A stretch of 64,000 nucleotides of DNA from Fimbriimonadales bacterium (GTDB taxonomy: Bacteria; Armatimonadota; Fimbriimonadia; Fimbriimonadales; ATM1), in assembly GCA_041744215.1 (NCBI GenBank), contig JBGTLG010000016.1, positions 1-64,000 of the forward strand, in the 5' to 3' direction. Below the pieces are notes generated by a model. It was not told where the DNA came from and made no database searches. It saw only the letters and a list, made by a program, of their open reading frames with translations. Of the stretch, positions 38,012-48,226 are shown one piece after another (position 1 is the first letter of the stretch; the number at the start of each line of letters is the position of its first letter). Made by a program: the position numbers and the translations under genes.

Positions 38012-39466
38012 TTACGCATCACCCGCCGATCGTGCGCCCTCACGGATGGCGTCACCATCGGTGAGCGAATCTTTACCTTTGAGGATGACTCGCTGTGAGG
38101 GGGAGAGCCCGAAAACTTGGACCCAATCCTCTTTGATGAGCCCTAATGTGACTTCAATTCTTTTGGCTTTTGTTCCGTCGGCGACGAATACATAATGCTT
38201 TGTACCTTCGGATCGCACAGCATCGCGAGGGATGAGTGTTGCATCCATAGAGGTCGATAGCGTCAGCATTCCCCGCGCGTACATTCCCGGACGGAGCGTG
38301 CCTCCACCATTCGATACTGCGATGCGTGTAGCGAAGAGGCGACCCAATTCGTTCGCATCCGGACGGATGGCGATAACGACGCCTGCAAAGTCGCGATCTG
38401 GGAACGCGTCTATTCGAATCTTCGCTGGCTGCCCGATCTTTACTCGCGAAACTTCGAGCTCGGGAATCTGCGCCTCGAAATAGACGCTGCCAAGTCCTAC
38501 GATTCGCGCAACCGGGGAACCTGGGCCGACGGTTTGGCCGGTCTTCGCGGGGGTCCCGCTGACATACCCGTCTATCGGGGACACCACTACCGTCTCTGAG
38601 AGTTGCTGCCTAACGAGCCGAAGCTGCGCTTCAGCCTGGCGGACATTCGCTTGGGCTTGAATCACTCGCTCACTAGCAGCAGCGTCCAACATCGCGTTAG
38701 CCTTTGCGGACAAAAGCTGCTCTTCAGCCGCGCGAACGGCATCTTCGGCAACTCGGATCTCCTCCGGGCGCGCGCCTTCTAGGACCAAGTTATAGCCTTC
38801 GACTGCAGTTCGATAGTTCGCAAGCGCCATGTCATATTGCAACTGTGCCGACTCGACTTCTGCGAGCGCAATTGCATCCTCGCGATACAGTCGCTTTGCG
38901 CGGTCCAGGTCGGCCTTCGCCTTGTTCATCGAAGACTCCGCGCTGTTGACTCGCTCTCTTGCTTGCGCTTTTTCTTGTTCTCGTGCCCCTTTTCTAACCA
39001 GGGCGAGTTGACTCTTCGCCTGTGCAAGCGCGGCCTCTGCCTGACGCACTGCGGCGCCGCTTTGCGCCGGAGTTACGCGAGCTTGGATCCTCGCTTGAGC
39101 GAGGGCGCTTTCAGCGGCCGCAACCCCAGCTTGCGCCTGCTGAATCTGATGCAGGAGCCCGGCTGAGTCAACTTGCGCGATAGTCTGGCCAGCCTTGACT
39201 GGCGATCCATCCTGCACCGAAACGAACACAAGTCTCCCAGCAGTCCTTGCGCCGATCGTAACCTCATCGAGCGTTCGAAGTGGGCCGCTCACTTCCAACC
39301 CACTTTCAACGCTTTCTATCTTGGGCGTGACAAACGTGACTGGAACAACTTTGTCCGAGAGCAACTGTTTTTGAATCGCTGCCTCTTTTTGAGCCTGCCT
39401 ATCTGGGCAACCGCCGCTCACCGCTGCGGCAACGACTATGAGCATGAGAATAGGTCCGTGCTTCAT
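38012..39466 (-). CDS. RND periplasmic adaptor (MFP), putative lipoprotein with a long coiled coil
   Basis: VSGGC lipobox-like, lipoyl halves, SPIDG, LRPGMYA; SD GGAGG. Confidence 0.92.
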   Translation of the reverse strand: MKHGPILMLIVVAAAVSGGCPDRQAQKEAAIQKQLLSDKVVPVTFVTPKIESVESGLEVSGPLRTLDEVTIGARTAGRLVFVSVQDGSPVKAGQTIAQVDSAGLLHQIQQAQAGVAAAESALAQARIQARVTPAQSGAAVRQAEAALAQAKSQLALVRKGAREQEKAQARERVNSAESSMNKAKADLDRAKRLYREDAIALAEVESAQLQYDMALANYRTAVEGYNLVLEGARPEEIRVAEDAVRAAEEQLLSAKANAMLDAAASERVIQAQANVRQAEAQLRLVRQQLSETVVVSPIDGYVSGTPAKTGQTVGPGSPVARIVGLGSVYFEAQIPELEVSRVKIGQPAKIRIDAFPDRDFAGVVIAIRPDANELGRLFATRIAVSNGGGTLRPGMYARGMLTLSTSMDATLIPRDAVRSEGTKHYVFVADGTKAKRIEVTLGLIKEDWVQVFGLSPSQRVILKGKDSLTDGDAIREGARSAGDA

Positions 39467-40788
39467 CAAACATCCTCCGAGCCAACGGCTCGCTGCAAGT
39501 CCGCGACTGCATTCCAATAGTCGTAGACAGCAGATACGTGCGCACTTCTCGCGCGCGTGTAAAGCGCAGTGGCGTCGGAAACTTCAACTGGCGTTCCGAT
39601 GCCCTCTCGATACCGGAGATTAGCAAGCCTGAGCGTCTCCCGTGCGACATCGACGTTCTTTTCTGCCGACTCGATGATCTTCCGAGACGCGACGACGGTG
39701 AGATACGCCTGGCGCACGTCGACTTCGACCGCAAGGCTAACTTGGTTAAGGGCGTTCTCTGCTCTTGCTTCCTCTTGTCGCGCGTGCCCGACACGTGCCC
39801 GAGTCAGTCCACCGTCGAACAATGGAAAACTGAAGAACGCTGCCGCTGACGCAGTGTCCTTCGCTGCCCCGAAGCCTGAGGCATCTGGATCACGAGTGAA
39901 GTTCACCTGGACGTTTAACGTGGGGAGTCCTTCGCGCTGTCGAGCTTGACGGTACTTGATTTGGTATTCGACAACGTGCTCAGCTGCTAAAACTTCTGGA
40001 CGAGTTTCGTGTGCCAGTTGTATGAGTTCCTCCATCGACTTTGTTACGGCGGGCAGCCCTTCGGGGCGAACCAGCGCTACGGGTGTACTAGTGGGCCGCG
40101 AAAGAACGAAGTTGAACGACGCCTTCGCCAGTTCGACGCCGTTGAGCGCTAGAATCAAGTTTTGCTCGGCGGAGCTGGCGTCAGCTTGAAAGCGAATGAC
40201 GTCGAACCTTGCGACTTTCCCAGCCGCATACTGTTCTTCGGACACTCTGAGGTGCTCCTTCGCTGCAGCAAGTTGCTCTTCCGCAACTCCGACAAACTCT
40301 TGCGCCTGTAAGACTTGGAAGAAAGCCGACTTTGCTTCAGCCCCGGCGTTGTTCCTTGCAGCGTCAAGTTGCCGATCGCTTGCCCTTTGCAATGATCGCG
40401 CTCCGTCGACCCCGAGACGGTAGATGCCGAACAAGTCTACGGGTTGCATGAGGTTGAATTGCAACGACTTGCGGTCGATCGGCCGCACAACTACCGGAGG
40501 TGACATGGGATCGAAAACCACGGCAATCTCTCGGTCGTATCGCAGATAACTCGCATCGAATGTCAGCCTTGGCAAGGCTGCGCTCCGGGCTTGTTGGATC
40601 GTTTCCGCAACCCCTTTCGCATTTGCCTGCGCGTCTATGACTCCGAAAGCCGACTGCCGTGCGATCCTTACCGCGTCCTCAAGTGTCAACGGGTTTTGCG
40701 CCATCGCAGCGACGCCTGAAATCAGCGCAAACACCGCGACGCTTCGTGTACAGAATCGATGTGCGTTCAATATTGCCTCTCTATTCAC
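39466..40788 (-). CDS. TolC family outer membrane channel
   Basis: LTLEDAV, RPEV, PLFDGG, RYREG, LQRAVG; operon position. Confidence 0.92.
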   Translation of the reverse strand: MNREAILNAHRFCTRSVAVFALISGVAAMAQNPLTLEDAVRIARQSAFGVIDAQANAKGVAETIQQARSAALPRLTFDASYLRYDREIAVVFDPMSPPVVVRPIDRKSLQFNLMQPVDLFGIYRLGVDGARSLQRASDRQLDAARNNAGAEAKSAFFQVLQAQEFVGVAEEQLAAAKEHLRVSEEQYAAGKVARFDVIRFQADASSAEQNLILALNGVELAKASFNFVLSRPTSTPVALVRPEGLPAVTKSMEELIQLAHETRPEVLAAEHVVEYQIKYRQARQREGLPTLNVQVNFTRDPDASGFGAAKDTASAAAFFSFPLFDGGLTRARVGHARQEEARAENALNQVSLAVEVDVRQAYLTVVASRKIIESAEKNVDVARETLRLANLRYREGIGTPVEVSDATALYTRARSAHVSAVYDYWNAVADLQRAVGSEDV

Positions 40789-41389
40789 TTGCCTTTGGTC
40801 CGGTTCGTTGCATAACCCCGTGGAAGACTATTTCGACTAGATCCCTCAGTCGATCAGGAGGTGCCCCAACAAGAAACAACATCGCGACTGTATGAAGAAT
40901 CATTCTCGCGGTGACTTCGGTGTTGTGTTCTCGGAGTTCGCCAGCAGCGACTCTCGCAGCGAGATATCGGGCGAGCAACTGGCAACCCTCGTTCGTCATG
41001 CCAACCCATCTCTCGTGCATGTCCTCGTTGACGAGGCCCTCCCGGACGAAGATACAAATCACACGCCCTTTTTCTGCGAGGAGGTCGTAAAAAGCCTGGG
41101 CTACCTCGGGCAAGATCTCAGACGCGGGTCGCTCAAAGGAGGGTAACAGCACTCGCCGGAGTTCAGGGATCACGCCGTATCGCTCGACAACCTTTGCAAG
41201 GAGGTCCTCCTTGCTTTCGAAGTAATGGTAGATGAGCCCTGGAGCGACTCCTGCCGAGTCGGCGAGTTCCTTCATGCTAGTCCCTTCCCATCCTCGCGAC
41301 GAGAACAGCTCGAGGGCAGCCTCGAGGAGCTGCTCTCGCCGCTCCTCTGCTTGGATATCTCGTTTGGTAGGGGCTTTCTGCTCGTTCAT
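40781..41389 (-). CDS. TetR/AcrR family regulator
   Basis: RREQLLEAALELF..GTSMKELADSAGVAPGLIYHYFESKEDL; start ATG 41389. Confidence 0.93.
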   Translation of the reverse strand: MNEQKAPTKRDIQAEERREQLLEAALELFSSRGWEGTSMKELADSAGVAPGLIYHYFESKEDLLAKVVERYGVIPELRRVLLPSFERPASEILPEVAQAFYDLLAEKGRVICIFVREGLVNEDMHERWVGMTNEGCQLLARYLAARVAAGELREHNTEVTARMILHTVAMLFLVGAPPDRLRDLVEIVFHGVMQRTGPKASE

Positions 41390-41436
41390 TGAACGTTCAG
41401 TCAGCGAATATACGCCAGAGGTTGACCACCTGTCAA
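41390..41436 (-). promoter_or_regulatory. Sigma70 promoter and palindromic operator of the tetR-RND operon
   Basis: Minus strand TTGACA(41436-31)-N18-TATATT(41412-07); perfect palindrome TGAACGTTCA at 41390-41399. Confidence 0.75.
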
Positions 41437-41590
41437 GCGGTACTGGGCAGATAGGCAACAAATGAGGCTAAAATCTGATTTCCATAGCGGAAAACAGGTC
41501 GGTGTTAGCGGCTTAACCGGCGCGGGCGACGTCCCTAACTGCAAGCGTTTTTCGCAGGGACGCGCACTTTCCAGACGGGAGAGCTACTGA

Positions 41591-42712
41591 ATGATATCTG
41601 ACAATCTTTTCGACGCTCGCGCCAGTATCAAAGTCTTCGGGGTTGGCGGGGGCGGTTGCAATGCCGTTGACCGCATGATCGCCGCCCGAGTGATGGGTGT
41701 CACTTTCATCGCTGCCAACACGGACGCGCAAGCTCTGTCTGTTTCGAAGGCCGCTTACAGAATCCAGTTGGGGTCCCAGCTGACGTCGGGCTTAGGCAGC
41801 GGCGGCGACCCTTCTGTCGGCGAAGCGGCGGCAAGAGAGAGCCTGTCGTATATCGACGCTGCGCTCGACGGGGCGGATATGGTTTTCGTGACTGCAGGGA
41901 TGGGAGGCGGCACAGGATCTGGTGCCGCACCGCTCGTCGCTGAGCGCGCAAGACAGAAAGGGATCTTGACGATAGGGGTCGTAACGAAGCCTTTCGCGTT
42001 CGAGGGTCGCCGCCGTTCCGAGCAGGCCGAAGAGGCTTCAGCGCGGCTTCGTGAAAACGTTGACACGCTCATCACGATTCCGAACGACCGGCTCACGCAA
42101 ATCGCCGATCGCAAAACGACGATGACTGATGCGTTCACGATGGCGGACGACGTTCTCCGGGCTGGCGTTCAGGGCATTTCTGAAATCATCCTCCGCCCGG
42201 GGATGATCAACGTCGATTTCGCGGATGTTCGAAATGTCATGTCTAATGCTGGCGTCGCGCTTATGGGGTTTGGCGTTGCGCGCGGAGACAACCGGGCGCG
42301 AGCCGCCGCAGAGATGGCTGCGAACAGCCCACTCCTGGAAACGAACATCGAGGGAGCGACGCGGCTGCTGGTCAACATCACGACCGGCCCAGACTTCACT
42401 ATCGGCGAAGTTCACGACGCGATGGACTACCTATTGCAGTTCACCCACCCGGATGACTCTGAAATCACCGTCGGCCACGTGCTACGCCAAGATTTGGGAG
42501 ATCAGGTCTACGTGACGCTTCTCGCAGCGGGAATGACTGCTGTTGTCCCGCGCGAGTGGGCATCTTCGGCACCGGCGCGGAGGACCGAATCGCAGCCGAC
42601 CGACGTGCCTGTTCTCGAATCTGACCAGACCGAGATGGCGGCCGTTTCCGCAGGGCCCCAAGACCTCGACATTCCGACGTTCCTTCGTCGCCAGCAAGAG
42701 AGTCGACAGTAG
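41591..42712 (+). CDS. ftsZ: Cell division protein FtsZ
   Basis: GVGGGGCNA, NTDAQAL, GMGGGTGSG, PFAFEG, NVDFAD, C-terminal DIPTFLR. Confidence 0.97.
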   Translation: MISDNLFDARASIKVFGVGGGGCNAVDRMIAARVMGVTFIAANTDAQALSVSKAAYRIQLGSQLTSGLGSGGDPSVGEAAARESLSYIDAALDGADMVFVTAGMGGGTGSGAAPLVAERARQKGILTIGVVTKPFAFEGRRRSEQAEEASARLRENVDTLITIPNDRLTQIADRKTTMTDAFTMADDVLRAGVQGISEIILRPGMINVDFADVRNVMSNAGVALMGFGVARGDNRARAAAEMAANSPLLETNIEGATRLLVNITTGPDFTIGEVHDAMDYLLQFTHPDDSEITVGHVLRQDLGDQVYVTLLAAGMTAVVPREWASSAPARRTESQPTDVPVLESDQTEMAAVSAGPQDLDIPTFLRRQQESRQ

Positions 42713-42807
42713 GACTTTCGGCGGAGAAACCGGCCGAGACCCGGAGTTTCTGCGCTTGACATCAACCAAAAGCGCTGAGAACAGGTATGTAGCATCAGGT
42801 TCTCCTT

Positions 42808-43326
42808 GTGTTTAACTGGTACTACGTCGGCCAATATGGACAACTCGGCCCCCTAAGTGAGGAGCAAATGGTTGAGTTGATAGACTCTGGCGTCATTTCG
42901 GCCGACACCTACGTTTGGAAGCGCGGCCTGCCTGATTGGATTCAGGCTGACGCGGCCTCTGAGTTTCGCCGACGGCTGACGCCGAACTTTCCGCCTCCTC
43001 CTCCCCCCAGCCAGCAGATGGCGTCTGCGAGATCTGTCCCGCCACCCGATCCAGTGTCGAAGTATTCCATGCAGGCGTACTACTCAGGATCGACCCAATC
43101 GGGGGGAGTGGTCAGCCCAAGCAGCCGGGTCGCAGCCGGGGTCTTGCAGCTCCTACTGCCCGGCGTCGGGCGGATGTATCTGGGCTACACGGCGATAGGC
43201 GTCCTTCAACTCGTACTGACTATCTGCACTCTAGGGATGCTGTGGATCTGGCCGTTCGTTGATGGAATCCTAATCCTTGCTGGAACAGTCCGTCACGACG
43301 GATACGGTCGAGTACTCAGAGACTGA
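42808..43326 (+). CDS. GYF_2 (DUF4339) + TM2 domain membrane protein
   Basis: WYY..GQLGP..TYVWKRGLPDW, Pro-rich linker, AAGVLQLLL.GVGRMYLG. Confidence 0.85.
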   Translation: MFNWYYVGQYGQLGPLSEEQMVELIDSGVISADTYVWKRGLPDWIQADAASEFRRRLTPNFPPPPPPSQQMASARSVPPPDPVSKYSMQAYYSGSTQSGGVVSPSSRVAAGVLQLLLPGVGRMYLGYTAIGVLQLVLTICTLGMLWIWPFVDGILILAGTVRHDGYGRVLRD

Positions 43327-44225
43327 TGCTCATCGGATTATCGCTGGCGGTTGCCGTTTATCTGCTGATACTGATTATTGTGGCTTGGGCAGCGACGCAC
43401 CCGCCACGCTCGCCTATCTTTCTCTCGCCTAGCGCTATGGGTATCGCGGTTGAGGAAATCGAGCTCCCATGTGAGGGACTAACGCTCCGCGGTTGGTGGG
43501 TCGATCACCCGAATCCAAAGGCGACGGCCGTACTATTGCACGGATACGTTATGAACCGTGCGGAGAACGCTGCGCTGGCGGCGCGTCTACACGAAGAGGG
43601 AGTCGCCTGTTTACTTCTCGACTTCCGAGCGCACGGGAAGAGCGATGGCAATCTCACAGGGATCGGTTGGCCGGAGCGTGCTGACGTACTGTGTGCGTGC
43701 GAGTTCGTCGCCAAACGCCACCCGCAAACACCCCGAGTGCTGATCGGGTCGAGCATGGGTGCAGCGGCAGCGGCATTCGCTATCGCGGAAGACCCAACTT
43801 GTGCAGACGGGATCGTTCTCGATAGCTCCTATTCTTCTCTACCGAGCGCGACGCTTGGTTGGTGGCGGTTCATTGGCGGCAGACCTGCGTCGGCATTGCT
43901 CGCTCCTGTAATACTCGTGGCTTGGCCAATGGTTCCGTTCAACCCCTTCTCGGTCAACGTCGGCCGGGCCCTCGCGCGATCAGACAAACCCGTTCTGATT
44001 ATCCACGGGGATGAGGATGACTTAGTGAATGTCGAGCACGCGGTGAGAAATCATCGTCTGGCGGGCGGCAAGAAGCATCTGGAGATTGTAGCGGGATCGT
44101 CGCATTCGGAGACCCGCTGGCTCGATCCGGAGCGATACGCGGAGCTTTTGATCGCTTTCATTGATGATCTTGTTTCCGACCGGATTGAACCTCCGTTATC
44201 GGCTCACGATTCGTCCCTGTCTTAG
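43326..44225 (+). CDS. Membrane-anchored alpha/beta hydrolase
   Basis: HGY, DFRAHGKSDG, GSSMG, IIHGDED, SH. Confidence 0.88.
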   Translation: MLIGLSLAVAVYLLILIIVAWAATHPPRSPIFLSPSAMGIAVEEIELPCEGLTLRGWWVDHPNPKATAVLLHGYVMNRAENAALAARLHEEGVACLLLDFRAHGKSDGNLTGIGWPERADVLCACEFVAKRHPQTPRVLIGSSMGAAAAAFAIAEDPTCADGIVLDSSYSSLPSATLGWWRFIGGRPASALLAPVILVAWPMVPFNPFSVNVGRALARSDKPVLIIHGDEDDLVNVEHAVRNHRLAGGKKHLEIVAGSSHSETRWLDPERYAELLIAFIDDLVSDRIEPPLSAHDSSLS

Positions 44226-45590
44226 GTGACAGACGTCCTGAGAGCGTTCCTCATTTACGCAAAGACGAGCTACGCCAGATTCCTGATGCTCGGACTCCTG
44301 GTGGTGTTGGCTTCGAAGCTGTCCGTTACGCCAGTAGGCTTGGCGGTTTTTGCCGCGGCAGCCATGCTCGCGTTCACGAATGGGCGCATGGCGATCATGT
44401 TTCTTTTTGGGTCGACATTCCTGCCTTATGTGTTTGGCGTTCCTGTAACACAGGCCTACGCAGCAGTGATCCTCTTGCTACCGATGGTGCTGTTAGATTT
44501 GAGTAGAGCTTCAAAACTTGTCCCTCGCTCATTCGCTCTGCTGCTCCTGATAGTGGCTGCACTGATCGCTGCGACCTATCCCTTTCATAAGTCGATTGAC
44601 GTCCAAGTTCTTGGCTTTTCGCTTTGTGGCGCGCTCGTAGCGTGCTATCTCGTTCGGCGTGACTCGATACCAGTCACGGAGATCTTGGGTGATTTGGCGT
44701 GGGTGGTAGGAGCGACGCTGTTTGTTCCGCTCCTGTCTAACTCAATCGCGGTGCCTCTCTCTCCTTTTTGGGTAGATCGACACCTCGGATACTTCGCAAT
44801 CGATCGGTTCAGTGTCGCGTTTGTTGAGCCAAACACGGTCAGCGCGTACTTGGCAGCTACGTTTCTGTTGATCCTGATCAGCTACCGCCACCGGAGCTAC
44901 TTGACTCTGCTCACAGCGAGCGCATTCTCCGTGCTGTTGCTTTACGGAGTCAACCTAGCGGGATCTAGGACCGCCTTAGCATTTGCCGCGATCGCAATCA
45001 CGGCTGTCAGTTTTGTCTCGCTTGCGCTTCAGTACCGCGGACGAACCGAATTCTCTGTCTCGTGGCCTTCCGTGCGGATGCTTTGTCTCTCAGTTTTGAT
45101 GCTCATTGTCGCCGGAACGCTCAGCTACTCTGTTGCCCTGGGGGAGCCGCCCGCAGGGCTGTCACGGCTGGCCGGCACTTCTGGCTTCGAGGAAACCGGT
45201 CGGCCAAAGTCTTTTCGCGACGCCGCCCCTCTCCTCGACACGGTGCCGATAGCTGGCAGAAACCTCCAGCATTACGTGCTTCACGAGGCAGCTCACACCC
45301 CTCACGCAAGTCCACTTGCAGCGCTCCTTTTTCTGGGCCTCCCTGTCGCGCTGGGCTTGTTTGCGCTGGTCAGTGTTCCTATCATCGACCTGCTGACTGG
45401 GTCGAAACTGAGCCCCACTCCACATTTGGCGGTGGCGATTGGAGCGCTGTTCGTGATTATGCTGACGTTGCCGATAACCTCAGATCGAGGGATGCTCGTC
45501 CTGATAGGGTTATGGTTCGGGGCCTCACGGTTACCAAGTTACGCGTTCCGAGGTGCGCAGGCGCGCTCCGCTCCGTCCTTAAGCCCGTAG
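44226..45590 (+). CDS. Wzy/O-antigen-ligase-like polytopic membrane protein
   Basis: Many TMs; EPN, GSRTA and late TPH motifs; polysaccharide context. Confidence 0.65.
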   Translation: MTDVLRAFLIYAKTSYARFLMLGLLVVLASKLSVTPVGLAVFAAAAMLAFTNGRMAIMFLFGSTFLPYVFGVPVTQAYAAVILLLPMVLLDLSRASKLVPRSFALLLLIVAALIAATYPFHKSIDVQVLGFSLCGALVACYLVRRDSIPVTEILGDLAWVVGATLFVPLLSNSIAVPLSPFWVDRHLGYFAIDRFSVAFVEPNTVSAYLAATFLLILISYRHRSYLTLLTASAFSVLLLYGVNLAGSRTALAFAAIAITAVSFVSLALQYRGRTEFSVSWPSVRMLCLSVLMLIVAGTLSYSVALGEPPAGLSRLAGTSGFEETGRPKSFRDAAPLLDTVPIAGRNLQHYVLHEAAHTPHASPLAALLFLGLPVALGLFALVSVPIIDLLTGSKLSPTPHLAVAIGALFVIMLTLPITSDRGMLVLIGLWFGASRLPSYAFRGAQARSAPSLSP

Positions 45591-45594
45591 CCGT

Positions 45595-46953
45595 ATGAAC
45601 ATCCGCTCTCTGCTTTCGCCCGGAACCGCGTGGTCTGTCTTAGTGTGGATGTTCTTCCTCGGCCTGCTAGCTTTCGTGGTTGCCAGCGTGCTTCCCAAGA
45701 AATTCGAGGCAAAGACGATGCTTATGTTCCCGCAGGCGGGTGCTGCCGACACAAACACAGGGCGCGCGCTTCTTAGTCCATTTGCAGCCGACAGGGAGGG
45801 CGCCTACCTGATGAGCGGGCAAATCTTTCTTCCGACTATCGGAACGTCGCCAAACTCGCTGATCGACCTGCTGATCAGCCGCGCTGCGGCGGAAGAGGTA
45901 GCAACGAAGAACGGGCAGGCTCTGTTTGGCGCGCCCCCGACGAGCCAACAGTTAGAGGAGTTTCAGGAAAGTGTTCGCTTTGAAGTGACTGAGAACGGAA
46001 ACCTGCTTGTCGCGTTCATGCACTCGGACAGTGGCGCCGCTGAGAAAGTCGTCACGGACTTGCTGGCTTATTGCGATGCTCGTGTTCGTGATTTAACAAG
46101 AGAATTTGCTCGAGACAGCCTTGAGTTTCTTGGCGAAGAGGTTGTCCGTCGACAGTCTGAAGTGTCACGGAGATCAGAAGCTCTGAATACATCGTTCTAC
46201 AGCTCTCCGATGGCCGCGCTGACGGGCGCACGTGATCGATTGGCAGGCGAGGTTATCACGGCCAATGCAATGTTGCGACAGTTCGAAGTCAACCTCGATG
46301 GCGCGAATGCCGCAATAACGGCTGCGCTCAAAGCCCTGCGAACAGCGCGCGCAGAGGGCGTCGGGGGAGAAGCCTATTCGACTCTTGCTTCAACCCTCAA
46401 GTCACAAGTAGCGGAGGCTCGTCAAAAGCTCAACATTGCCGCATTTTCGGTTGGTGACAACTCTCCTGAGATGCGCCGGCTACGCGATGAGTTTGCTGCT
46501 GTTACAAAGACCTATTTGGAGGAGCTTGATGCGACTGTGCGAGCTGCTGAACAGGGCGCGCTGTCAATAACCCTGGATGACGAGCGGTCTCGTGCTTCGA
46601 CGGTGGCCCAAGTCCGACGAATTCGAAGCCAAGTTTCCAAGCTTCGCGCAGACACACTAGAACTTGCAGATCTCGAGATCGAACAGCGATTGTTAGCTCG
46701 CGACCTCGAAAGAGCGGAAGCGCAACTTGATCTCGCGTCGAGCCAACTTGCAATGGCGCGAATCGCGGAGGAAAAGCGGTACAAGCCGTTTGTCGTACTT
46801 GATCCAGTGTTTGCCTCAGATCGGCCGGTCTTTCCGCGGCGCGGTTTGTTCACTGCTGGCGGGATCGGCCTTGGTCTTTTTATTGGGCTGTTCTTTTACA
46901 TTCGAACGCTTGGGCGTTCGTTAAGCGGCGATCCTCATGAGGGCGACGTCTGA
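45595..46953 (+). CDS. Polysaccharide co-polymerase / chain-length determinant (Wzz/GumC-like)
   Basis: N- and C-terminal TM, coiled-coil centre, VLDP..PVFPRR before the C-terminal TM; no kinase domain. Confidence 0.8.
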   Translation: MNIRSLLSPGTAWSVLVWMFFLGLLAFVVASVLPKKFEAKTMLMFPQAGAADTNTGRALLSPFAADREGAYLMSGQIFLPTIGTSPNSLIDLLISRAAAEEVATKNGQALFGAPPTSQQLEEFQESVRFEVTENGNLLVAFMHSDSGAAEKVVTDLLAYCDARVRDLTREFARDSLEFLGEEVVRRQSEVSRRSEALNTSFYSSPMAALTGARDRLAGEVITANAMLRQFEVNLDGANAAITAALKALRTARAEGVGGEAYSTLASTLKSQVAEARQKLNIAAFSVGDNSPEMRRLRDEFAAVTKTYLEELDATVRAAEQGALSITLDDERSRASTVAQVRRIRSQVSKLRADTLELADLEIEQRLLARDLERAEAQLDLASSQLAMARIAEEKRYKPFVVLDPVFASDRPVFPRRGLFTAGGIGLGLFIGLFFYIRTLGRSLSGDPHEGDV

Positions 46954-48177
46954 GTGGTTGGTTGAGGTGCCGCGTGCATAGAATCGCAAAATTTTTGGCG
47001 TCCTCATGGCGGAGAGTATTCGATTCGCGCAGGATTCGATCTCTCTGACGACTGCATCGTGCTCCACGAGGACGACGAGCAGATCCGCACCTTGCGCGAG
47101 TGATGCAAGAGTCTGCGAGTTCTGATCGTCAATGATCGGGTCAGCTGAAATCACGTCGAAACCCTCCCGTCGCAGAATCTCTAGAACCTCAATCGCAGGC
47201 GACTCTCGCTCGTCCCTGCAATTGGGCTTGAACGCTCTTCCAATCGCTACGATGCGCGGGGTGGCGACGGTTGCCACTGCGTTACGAATCTGTGCAGCGA
47301 TTTTGTGCGGCCTCTGGTCGTTGACCCGTCTGGCACACTGAATCAAAGTTGAGTTTTCGCGATCAATCTCGGATATGAACCATGGGTCTACTGGAATGCA
47401 GTGACCTCCAACTCCGATCCCGGGTGAAAGTATGTTCACGCGCGGATGCTGATTCGCCATCGCGATTACCTTCGTTGGGTCAACGTCGATTCCCTCGCAG
47501 ATTGCTGCAAGCTCATTTGCAAAGGCGATGTTCACATCTCGATACGCGTTCTCAGACAGCTTGCAGATTTCTGCCTCGATGTCTGTTGCGGGGTTTAGCT
47601 CGCCATCAACGAAGAGGCGGTACACGTTTATTGCCGCGACGGTCGACGCCGGCGTGACCCCGCCGATTACTCTCGAGTTTGTCGTAATCTCACTAATCGC
47701 GTTGCCTGGGAGGACTCTTTCTGGGCAATGTGCAAGGAAAATATCGGCATCCACCAACAATTCCGACGATTCGAGGATTGGCTTGACGATCTCACGAGTG
47801 CAAAGTACCGGTATCGTGCTCTCGACAATCACGATGCTTCCTCTTCTCAGGTGCGGAACGATAGATTCGCACGCGGCCGTCAGGCATTTCAGATCGGCAA
47901 TTTTTTTTCGCTTATCAATGGGCGTCGGCACGCAGATGAAGAAGGCGTCCGCACCCACCGGGCTAACACGGGCAGACAGATTTCTCCTCACATCTCGGTC
48001 TCTCAAGAGCGCATTGATGGAGCCTTCTTCGACGACTAACGTGGCCGAGTTGATAGCTTCGACGAGATCGGCCCGTAGGTCGACGGCGGTAGTATGCACC
48101 CCCGCCTTGGCTAGTAAGGCGGCGGTTGGGAGACCGACATATCCTGCACCTACAACAACAGCGCTATGAATGCTCAT
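46921..48177 (-). CDS. Nucleotide-sugar dehydrogenase (WecC-like)
   Basis: GAGYVGLP, CVPTP, CPERVLPG, ENAYRDVNIAFANE, GVGGHCIPVDP. Confidence 0.92.
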   Translation of the reverse strand: MSIHSAVVVGAGYVGLPTAALLAKAGVHTTAVDLRADLVEAINSATLVVEEGSINALLRDRDVRRNLSARVSPVGADAFFICVPTPIDKRKKIADLKCLTAACESIVPHLRRGSIVIVESTIPVLCTREIVKPILESSELLVDADIFLAHCPERVLPGNAISEITTNSRVIGGVTPASTVAAINVYRLFVDGELNPATDIEAEICKLSENAYRDVNIAFANELAAICEGIDVDPTKVIAMANQHPRVNILSPGIGVGGHCIPVDPWFISEIDRENSTLIQCARRVNDQRPHKIAAQIRNAVATVATPRIVAIGRAFKPNCRDERESPAIEVLEILRREGFDVISADPIIDDQNSQTLASLAQGADLLVVLVEHDAVVREIESCANRILSAMRTPKILRFYARGTSTNHSDVALMRIAA

Positions 48178-48226
48178 ATTCCCTCTCTAATGGGCTCGTG
48201 CCCGGTAATCTGGATTCTCGGCTGAA

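Noticed and set aside
42725-42751. Hairpin after ftsZ as a terminator
   Set aside because: Imperfect stem and no U-tract; not supportable.
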